Assembly: GCA_001643675.2 (NCBI GenBank) | Contig: LSRY02000056.1 | Coordinates: forward strand, 310,001 to 374,000 | Direction: 5' to 3' | Length of the DNA stretch: 64,000 nucleotides | Origin: Monocercomonoides exilis PA203 | Lineage: Eukaryota; Protista; Preaxostyla | In this document: piece after piece, positions 34,798 to 44,982 of the stretch | Numbering within the stretch: the stretch's first letter is position 1 | Layout of the letters: each line of letters starts with the position of its first letter | Notes under the pieces: generated by a model | Seen by the model: only the letters and a program-made list of their open reading frames with translations | Database searches by the model: none | What the model was told of the DNA's origin: nothing | Translations under genes and position numbers: made by a program

Positions 34798-37408
34798 TGT
34801 TCAAATTTCAACTCTGAAATAACACTTTTGCATCAATCATTTTATAAATTATTTAATTTTGTTGTTTTATTCAGTTTCTCATTGAAGGCGATATCTTCCT
34901 GAATTGTTCGCTTACTGAAGCATTTGGCATTGTCCTTCTTGAAGCAGCATGTTCAGGACTGTTTGTGGTTGCTACAGATGTCGACGGAGTTCCTGTTTGT
35001 TTCGTTTCTTTTCTTTTCTTTTCTCTCTTAACAGAAATCCTTAATATCTCTTTATTTGACACAATGTTTGAAATCTCAATGAAAACATTATCTTGAAATA
35101 AAAATACAAATTGTATTAATTGCACACACTCATTTTCTGATGGATGTTTTTTCTATTCATTTGATATCTTTGTGAATGGAAATTGACAATTCTCAGGAAG
35201 TCTTACCTCCTCACATGGTTAGACTGTGCAAACCAACAGCACAAAGTGTGCATTCAATTTTATTTTTGATAATTTTTGGAATAAATATTTCCAATTTTTT
35301 TTTATGTCGTTGTTTGTTATGTATTTATCTTTTTGATAATTGAAACTCATACGTTATGTTGTTTTTTCTATCATTAACTTATCAAAAACTAATCTTTTAT
35401 TTTCAAACATGTTTAATGTTTTTTTTTATCTCAACAGCAATTGTTCAGGGTTTAGATTGGGCAATCAGGAATTTCCATCTCTTCCGTCCAAAGTATTATC
35501 ATGACGAAGTATGCAGTTAAATTAAGAATTGCGTTTTCTGCCTATGTTTTTATTGAACATTTTTGCTTTGTTACATTAATGAATTTTTTAAATAAACTGT
35601 CGTTTTTGTGTTTATTTATCGTTTGTTTTACTCTTTTAAACGTATCATTATTTTCTCTTTTTCTTTATATTTCTTGCTTTTCTTGCTTTTCTTTGTTCTC
35701 TCTCTCTCTATCCCAGCTGCTCTCTCTATACAGCTGGGACGCTGTAGCCACTGACACTCTCCAAGTCTATCGCGACGTGCTATCCCACCCAAAGATCACT
35801 CCTTTCCCCACAACGCCCCATCCGTCTGTTCTCTATCCGCTTGGCTCGCTCCCAGCCACATCGCGCTCTGAACGTGAATTCATGTCTGGAAAGGCTCTCA
35901 ACAGAATCGGGGCACAGGGCTTGTATGACGAGGCATCAATGGAGAAAACAGTGTGTGAGAAAGAAGGCAAAGGCAGTTCAGATGAAACTGCATCGAATTC
36001 ATCCTTGTCACTGCCTTCTTCTTCTTCCTCTGCCTCTTCTTCTTCAAACCAGCTGGATTCTTCTGTTCTGATTCGCGGTTCCTCGCTACCTTCGTCTGAA
36101 TGCGTCGTTTCGTTGACTCCAAATCTCTCTTCTTCGCTCTCCGGTGATTCACCCAAAAGCACTGGTTCAGTCAATTGCTCGACATCAGGGAACCTCTTAC
36201 TGCCTACTCCAAATACGCTGTCTTCTGCCTTCTCCTTCACTCTCACTGAACCAAATGTCTTTGAAGATAATTTCAACACTTCATCGGCTCTGTCGCTAAG
36301 TCAGGCTCAAAAGGATATCAATTCCAGTTCTCATCAATCCACTTTGTTTCCACAGGATGCGTTTGATTTCTCTTCGTCTTCTTCTTCGTCTTCTTCCTCT
36401 TCCTCTTCCACATCATCTTCCACTGATCAATCTGTCACCTTATCCCCGTCTATGTCTTCTTTGATTCCTCCCTCTTCTCCTGACATTTGCTCTCAAGGCA
36501 CTCCCTTTTTGTCGTCGTCTCCTTTGATTAGCTTATCTTCTGCTTCTCCTACCCTTTCTTATTCTCCATCTTTATCTCCTTCACCGTCTGCAGACACATC
36601 TCCTGCTTCTTCTCTTGTTACAACAACTCTTCTGACCACTTACTCACCCTCATTTTCCTCTTCTCCTTCTCCTCTTTCTTGCATTGCTCATAACCTTTCA
36701 CCTTCCACTTCAGCATCATCATCATCATCATCATCTGACCAGTCTTCACTTCCTGAGTATTCATCCTCTGATTATGAATCCTCACCTCAAACAAAGCTGA
36801 CTTCTCTTTCTGATTCCACCTCATCGCCTTCTTCCGGCTCTTCTTCAAAGGACATTTCAAATTCTAACTCGACTTCTACTAATTCTCTTTTCAAAGCTTA
36901 TCTGCCTTCGTATTACAAGCTGGGCTTCTTTTGGGGCGTGGCGTTTACATTTCACCTTATGTTGATGATGCTCCTTATGAAGATAATTGGTTTGATACAG
37001 CCTGCAAGTTCAATTGAACTTGCACCTTCATTTGGAGAAGGGAAAAAAAGGAAAAAAGAAAAAAATGAGAAAGAAAGTATAGAAAGCTTGTTGCAAGAAG
37101 AAGAAAAAGATGCGGCGATGATGGATGGAGACGAGATTTTGGTCAGAATTAATGAGGAAAAGCAAAGAAGAGGCATTGACAAAGACGAAGATGCAAGCAC
37201 ATATTATTCTGGATCAGGACAGATCCAAATGGGACGTTGTGTTATGGAAGAAAGCCTCAATCAAAAAGAGCAGAATTATGAAGAATATCAGATTAACCTC
37301 CATCAAAATGAAGAAGAAGAAGAAAGTCTAAATATTAAAGGAAACCTTAAACAAGAAAAAATTGAGGTGTCAAAAGTTCGAAAAATGAGATATTGTATTA
37401 AACAGTGA
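33367..37408 (+). CDS. PIGA: Phosphatidylinositol N-acetylglucosaminyltransferase catalytic subunit PIG-A/GPI3; 11 exons (approx. 33367-33477, 33543-33731, 33785-33904, 33971-34026, 34083-34234, 34320-34427, 34545-34651, 34875-34994, 35197-35245, 35438-35508, 35717-37408)
   Basis: Spliced product has [55 protein letters not shown], the GT4 EX7E motif [27 protein letters not shown] and a C-terminal [25 protein letters not shown]. Confidence 0.93.
34751..34797. repeat. (CAT)n microsatellite in PIG-A intron 7
   Basis: About 14 tandem CAT units visible directly. Confidence 0.9.
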
Positions 37409-38103
37409 TGACATTTAATGAAAATGCTGCCTGTTTCCATATTTTTCACTCTTATATTTCTAAAAAATATTTTTCGTTAAAATAATCATATTGAAAGAAT
37501 CGAAGTAGTGTTTTTTTTTTTTCTTTTCTTTTATTTATTTATTTATTTATTTAAAATTATTTTCTTTTATTTTCTTTTCATCTTTTTTGAAATCATATCA
37601 GTATTTGATATTTCTTAATTTGCTGAACTTAAACTTTGCATATTTTTTCTTTGTTAGAATATTTTGCGTTCCGACATTTTTTTCAAGGTTTTTGTGAATT
37701 TCAGTTTATAGAAAGCACTTTGACGAAAGGATCGATCATCAATGATTATTAAAATGCATTTCATTAAAATTTTTTCAGTTTTTATTCAACCTTCGTGTCT
37801 TTCTGGGTTTTGACTCGATTTTTTTTTCTATTTTTGTTACTGGAGTGCATGACAAATTTTTTTGATTCGAAAGAAAAATTTTTAAAAACATTCACAAAAT
37901 TGATTAATGATATTCTTTTTATCAATTTATTTGAATTTTAAAAATTTCACTTAATTTTTCCTATTTTTCCATTATCTTTCTTTCTTTCTTTTTTTTAAGC
38001 AATTGATTAATCATTTTTTGTTTTTTGAAAGTGGAAAAAAAATGAAACTTACGTGAAACTTTTTGTTGTTTCGTATTAATGAAGCAAATATTTATTTCAC
38101 AAC

Positions 38104-38105
<2 letters not shown>

Positions 38106-38159
<54 letters not shown>
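38106..38159 (+). repeat. 54-nt poly(A) homopolymer, intergenic
   Basis: Directly visible. Confidence 0.9.
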
Positions 38160-38163
<4 letters not shown>

Positions 38164-38531
38164 AACAATTGCATTCAAAAAATGAAGCAGAATATGGAAG
38201 ATAAAATATAAGTAAATTAAAAAAAAAAAAAAAAACAAACGATCATGTGTCTCAATTTTTTTTGAAAAGTTCATTTTGTTTAATTTTCAAATAAAACAAA
38301 AATTTCATATTTCAATAAAATTTCTGTTCCAACGAACGAAACTTCACTATATTGGAAATAATGACATTGTCAAGAATTTGTTTTCATAACAGCAAAATTT
38401 GGTTAGTTGAAACAGATATTAGATTGAAATAAGAAATTTTTATTTTTTTTGATAATTAAACAAAAGGAACTTTTCAAAAAAATTTCGATATGTAGAAACT
38501 GTCGATTTGTCAGTTCCCTGAAATATTGATA

Positions 38532-39597
38532 CAATGAGTAAAATACCCGGAACATGGTAAAAAACCCGGAATTTTTATTAAAATTCAATTATCTCGACAA
38601 GTTTAAAAAATTAAATTATAATAATTCACACATTCATACATCATTATATAACACGTCTAGCCATATTGAAATTTTTATTTGTTGTGTTGTATTTATGAAG
38701 AAATAAATAATTATTATTTTTGATAATCTGACTTTTAATAATTTTTTCTGTTTCAACAAAACGATTCAGTTCATCTTTTATACATGTAACTTATTTTTTC
38801 TTTGTTGTAAACTGTTCTGGTTATTTTTCATTTTCGGCACTTTCATCTTTTTAGCTGAATGAAAATCTGTCATTTTCAAAAAATCACAGTCAATGTGATA
38901 ACTTAAAAAATATATTTTGCAAAACACAAAAACATCCAAGTGAATTTAACACATGCATCAATAAATATGATAGTTATATAAAATTATTGCATAGTTGAAA
39001 TTAAAAATGATTCTGTGAAAATTCCAATAAATATATATTATTTGTATTTCAATGAAAATGATGTTTATAAAATCATTAAAAATGAAAGCTATTTTTATTA
39101 ACGAAATAATTACTGAATTAATGAAGATTTCAACTATGCAATAATTTTATATAACTATCATATTTATTGATGCATGTGTTAAATTCACTTGGATGTTTTT
39201 GTGTTTTGCAAAATATATTTTTTAAGTTATCACATTGACTGTGATTTTTTGAAAATGACAGATTTTCATTCAGCTAAAAAGATGAAAGTGCCGAAAATGA
39301 AAAATAACCAGAACAGTTTACAACAAAGAAAAAATAAGTTACATGTATAAAAGATGAACTGAATCGTTTTGTTGAAACAGAAAAAATTATTAAAAGTCAG
39401 ATTATCAAAAATAATAATTATTTATTTCTTCATAAATACAACACAACAAATAAAAATTTCAATATGGCTAGACGTGTTATATAATGATGTATGAATGTGT
39501 GAATTATTATAATTTAATTTTTTTAAACTTGTCGAGATAATTGAATTTTAATAAAAATTCCGGGTTTTTTACCATGTTCCGGGTATTTTACTCATTG
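38532..39597. mobile_element. Foldback-type non-autonomous element FB1 (~1066 bp, ~470-bp inverted arms, 125-bp spacer); second copy at 40748-41812
   Basis: Symmetry ends exactly at TA|CAATG...CATTG|TA, with unrelated flanks beyond (TGA left, AGC right). Terminal direct repeats TAAAATACCCGGAA / TAAAAAACCCGGAA. Confidence 0.65.
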
Positions 39598-42189
39598 TAA
39601 GCCGATAATACTGAATCTTCAAAAGACATTTAACGTTAATAAATGTATTATTATTGAGAAAAGAATAAAAAACCTTTTCTTTTCTTTTCTTTTCTTTTTT
39701 AATTGTGTTAATTCTGAGAAATACACACGCAACTGAGTGGATAAAGTACATTCGAAACATTTGCAAAATGGAAAAAAAGATGAAAGACTTCTCACATTTA
39801 TCTATGCTTTCAAAGAATAATTCACGTTGGGATTAATATTGATATAAAACTTTCAATGATAAAATGAAAGAATGTTGAATGTGTAAGTTGAAATTCCGTT
39901 CAATTATAATGCTGTCTTGAACGAAAATTGTTGATACCAAAATTGGAAAGAGAAAGAAACAGTATTTTCATATACAGATATCGCATAAAATACCGGACAT
40001 CACACAAAATACAGGACAAGATCGATTTCACCACAACCGCAAGAGGAAAAATTCTGTAAAATTTCCTCGAAATATATCTCATCAATGCAAACTCATTTGA
40101 TATACCAAACCTTCAAAATAGCTTCCTTTGTGCTCATAGAAAATTATTTTAAAACCTCGGAGAAATAGGATTTTGAGTTTCTCCGAGATTTTAATTGTCA
40201 TTTTTTTTTGAGCACAAAGGAAGCTATTTTGAAGGTTTGGTATATCAAATGAGTTTGCATTGATGAGATATATTTCGAGGAAATTTTACAGAATTTTTCC
40301 TCTTGCGGTTGTGGTGAAATCGATCTTGTCCTGTATTTTGTGTGATGTCCGGTATTTTATGCGATATCTGTATATGAAAATACTGTTTCTTTCTCTTTCC
40401 AATTTTGGTATCAACAATTTTCGTTCAAGACAGCATTATAATTGAACGGAATTTCAACTTACACATTCAACATTCTTTCATTTTATCATTGAAAGTTTTA
40501 TATCAATATTAATCCCAACGTGAATTATTCTTTGAAAGCATAGATAAATGTGAGAAGTCTTTCATCTTTTTTTCCATTTTGCAAATGTTTCGAATGTACT
40601 TTATCCACTCAGTTGCGTGTGTATTTCTCAGAATTAACACAATTAAAAAAGAAAAGAAAAGAAAAGAAAAGGTTTTTTATTCTTTTCTCAATAATAATAC
40701 ATTTATTAACGTTAAATGTCTTTTGAAGATTCAGTATTATCGGCTTACAATGAGTAAAATACCCGGAACATGGTAAAAAACCCGGAATTTTTATTAAAAT
40801 TCAATTATCTCGACAAGTTTAAAAAATTAAATTATAATAATTCACACATTCATACATCATTATATAACACGTCTAGCCATATTGAAATTTTTATTTGTTG
40901 TGTTGTATTTATGAAGAAATAAATAATTATTATTTTTGATAATCTGACTTTTAATAATTTTTTCTGTTTCAACAAAACGATTCAGTTCATCTTTTATACA
41001 TGTAACTTATTTTTTCTTTGTTGTAAACTGTTCTGGTTATTTTTCATTTTCGGCACTTTCATCTTTTTAGCTGAATGAAAATCTGTCATTTTCAAAAAAT
41101 CACAGTCAATGTGATAACTTAAAAAATATATTTTGCAAAACACAAAAACATCCAAGTGAATTTAACACATGCATCAATAAATATGATAGTTATATAAAAT
41201 TATTGCATAGTTGAAATTAAAAATGATTCTGTGAAAATTCCAATAAATATATATTATTTGTATTTCAATGAAAATGATGTTTATAAAATCATTAAAAATG
41301 AAAGCTATTTTTATTAACGAAATAATTACTGAATTAATGAAGATTTCAACTATGCAATAATTTTATATAACTATCATATTTATTGATGCATGTGTTAAAT
41401 TCACTTGGATGTTTTTGTGTTTTGCAAAATATATTTTTTAAGTTATCACATTGACTGTGATTTTTTGAAAATGACAGATTTTCATTCAGCTAAAAAGATG
41501 AAAGTGCCGAAAATGAAAAATAACCAGAACAGTTTACAACAAAGAAAAAATAAGTTACATGTATAAAAGATGAACTGAATCGTTTTGTTGAAACAGAAAA
41601 AATTATTAAAAGTCAGATTATCAAAAATAATAATTATTTATTTCTTCATAAATACAACACAACAAATAAAAATTTCAATATGGCTAGACGTGTTATATAA
41701 TGATGTATGAATGTGTGAATTATTATAATTTAATTTTTTAAACTTGTCGAGATAATTGAATTTTAATAAAAATTCCGGGTTTTTTACCATGTTCCGGGTA
41801 TTTTACTCATTGTAAGCCGATAATACTGAATCTTCAAAAGACATTTAACGTTAATAAATGTATTATTATTGAGAAAAGAATAAAAAACCTTTTCTTTTCT
41901 TTTCTTTTCTTTTTTAATTGTGTTAATTCTGAGAAATACACACGCAACTGAGTGGATAAAGTACATTCGAAACATTTGCAAAATGGAAAAAAAGATGAAA
42001 GACTTCTCACATTTATCTATGCTTTCAAAGAATAATTCACGTTGGGATTAATATTGATATAAAACTTTCAATGATAAAATGAAAGAATGTTGAATGTGTA
42101 AGTTGAAATTCCGTTCAATTATAATGCTGTCTTGAACGAAAATTGTTGATACCAAAATTGGAAAGAGAAAGAAACAGTATTTTCATATA

Positions 42190-42585
42190 CAGATATCGCA
42201 TAAAATACCGGACATCACACAAAATACAGGACAAGATCGATTTCACCACAACCGCAAGAGGAAAAATTCTGTAAAATTTCCTCGAAATATATCTCATCAA
42301 TGCAAACTCATTTGATATACCAAACCTTCAAAATAGCTTCCTTTGTGCTCATAGAAAATTATTTTAAAACCTCGGAGAAATAGGATTTTGAGTTTCTCCG
42401 AGATTTTAATTGTCATTTTTTTTTGAGCACAAAGGAAGCTATTTTGAAGGTTTGGTATATCAAATGAGTTTGCATTGATGAGATATATTTCGAGGAAAAT
42501 TTACAGAATTTTTCCTCTTGCGGTTGTGGTGAAATCGATCTTGTCCTGTATTTTGTGTGATGTCCGGTATTTTATGCGATATCTG
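42190..42585. mobile_element. Foldback/MITE-type element FB2 (396 bp, ~162-bp inverted arms, central imperfect hairpin); other copy at 39975-40370
   Basis: Ends TA|CAGATATCGC...GCGATATCTG|TA (Tc1/mariner-like CAG..CTG termini). Terminal direct repeats AAAATACCGGACA / AAAATACAGGACA. Symmetry stops within a few bases of the TA. Confidence 0.65.
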
Positions 42586-44982
42586 TATATAAATCGCTGT
42601 TCAATTTTAAAAACCTAACTTTTTTCCGGTGTTATTTAACTTTGACAAAAAATTTTTTTCATTGATGAGAATATTTTCATTCAAACGAAAAATGTGTCAC
42701 TAATGCTTTTTAATTCAATGTTTGAGATGATTTGATGAAATATCTAATTTCGAAAGGAGTCAAAACTTTTCAGTGTTCATTTTTCAGTGTTTAAAGTGAA
42801 TTTTTTAACAGAATATTTCGACAGGAAAGTTTTTTGGATAGAAAAATAATCTCTTATTTAAAAAATTCATGTATTGGGATAATAGGGTTTTTTTATTATT
42901 TTAATTTTTTTACATTTTTATTTTTTTCATGCTTCTTGTATTTTTCTTCATTAGCAAATAAGTTTATTTGATTTCTGCAGAATGACAAAAAAAATTCATT
43001 TTCAAATAACGCAATTGTATTTTGGCAAACAAGAGTTCTATTTTTCCGTTGAAATAATGAACGGTGAGGAAAAGACAAACAATTCATTCAGATAGATGAA
43101 TCGTTGTTTTGACTCAGATAGAACCAACGTTGAATGAAAAAAAAAGACTTTTAGGCATGGAAAAACGGAAAAAAGAATTTAACCAGGGCTATTTTTTTGT
43201 TATTTGTGTTAGAAACAGAAAAATGAAACAATTGTTTTCGAAAATTTTGACAAAACATTACACATGGTTTTCAATTTGTTCAGACGATAGGAATTCTTTC
43301 TCTTTATTAAAATCACTGTTATTCAAATATCACAAAAAAACTTTGAATGTTCACATTCAAAAGAAATAAAGGAATGTTCAAAAACAATCGAGTATGATTG
43401 GAGTCAATAAATAAAATTTTTTCTTTCACATGTGTAATCTTTTTGAAAAGACTCAATTGTTTGATATATTGGTTTTATAACAAAGTTCCTTATTTGATCA
43501 TTTTTTGTAGTTAATCCTTCAAACTTCATCACTATGCAAAAAAAGAATGCATAAACCTATTCGATGTGAGAATTTGTGCATGGTGGAAAAACTCTATGGA
43601 TTTATCACAAAAGAACAATCACATTTTGTGCATTTTTAATCAACCCAGATGTTACACATTTGAGACTTTTCAAAATGAATAACCTATGCTTTTTCATAAA
43701 GATGCTGACAACTAATAATATGTGCTCCAATCAAATTCTGCAATGATGAATCCGAAAAATCCGAAGGATTTGATGATTGGAGTGAAACTGAAACAGAAGA
43801 TATATCATCTGAAGTATCTTCTGATAATGATCATGTTGATGAAAAAGAAAAGGTAAATATCCCCTCAAAAAAAGAAAGAAAGAAAAAGAAAAAAAACTTT
43901 TTTTTCATTTCAAATAAATCAAACCTTTGTTTCATTCACAACAATTTCATAACATTGATATACTGCACAATATGTTTTTACGATAAAAACGAAAGAAAAT
44001 AATATTGAGGCTCTTGGGCTTCGATTTTGTAGATGATATCTGATGATGATTTGTTGCTTTTTATGAAAAAGAATAATTTGATGACTTAGAATATTTCTTA
44101 GCAATTCGATTTCTTATTTTGTGAATTTGTATTAAAAAAGGCAGTTGCCCTTTTTGTGCTCATTTTTATGAATTATTTTTTATCTTTTGATAAGATTCTC
44201 CTATTGTTTTCGAAAATAAAGCAAGAGAAATTATGGATCAAAACAACAAAAATTTCATACTCATTATGAGTTCAGGGAAAATATGGTTTCGCACATGATT
44301 GAAGAAACTGAACAATTTATTCAAGTTTGTTGTTTTTCCTGCCAAGCTTGAAAAAAATTTTTTTCATTTTCTTATAAATTCGACTTCATCAAATAATTGA
44401 TATTTGTGAATGCAATATCTTGCACATTATTAATTTGGAACAATTAACAAAATCGAAGGTGTTGGTTGAAATGATGAATAAAAATGTTTGAACGAAATAA
44501 GTGAAACACAATAATGTGAATTACATGAATACAGACAAAGAAAACATCTATAAAATTGAAAATGTTGTTGTGAACGAAAAAAGTCAACTTTCTCTCATTT
44601 GAGAAACAAAAATAAAAAACTCCTCGGCAATCAAACGAAGTGCAGCTCTTTTTCAACTATCAAATAAAAACAATAAATTCTTGAAGGAATTTTAATATTA
44701 CGAATTTAACACAAATAATTTGACTGAAAATCGTAGAAAAAGGTTTTATAAATCCACGTATCCATCCATATTTGAGACAGACACTCACACATGCACACTC
44801 GTTCCATCTTCATCTATTCATCTTGCTTGGAACATCAACTTTGATCATTGTTCATCTCCAAAGCCATAAAAAAAGTATTCAGCAAATTCTCATCTCTTCT
44901 CCACACAATTCTGTTGCTGTTCTCTTGACTGAGCAGCAATTCAATCGTTTCCATTCCAATTCCGTCAACACCCACTCGATCC

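Larger units (their letters stand above)
38530..42590. repeat. Nested palindrome array / inverted triplication; ~2215-bp period with ~1010-bp arms alternating in orientation between two loops (125 and 72 bp)
   Basis: A 38530-39001, loop1 39002-39126, R 39127-40136, loop2 40137-40208, R-inverted 40209-41217, loop1 41218-41342, R 41343-42351, loop2 42352-42423, partial R-inverted 42424-42590. Identical short ORFs recur on alternating strands in the ORF track (39569-, 40579+, 41784-; 39900-, 40260+, 42115-). Confidence 0.97.

Noticed and set aside
35501-35716. Hydrophobic N-terminus of the listed 635-aa ORF as a separate membrane protein
   Set aside because: It is PIG-A intron 10 read in frame; the ORF is the last PIG-A exon.
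39569-42300. Six repeated 61-65 aa ORFs in the palindrome array as genes or a transposase
   Set aside because: They begin at TTG rather than ATG, are AT-rich, show no recognisable motif, and recur only because the DNA is repeated.
43380-44420. Exon-like fragments (e.g. ICAPIKFCNDESEKSEGFDDWSETETEDISSEVSSDNDHVDEKEK followed by GT) suggesting a decayed gene
   Set aside because: No consistent frame or recognisable family could be assembled by eye; needs BLASTX.
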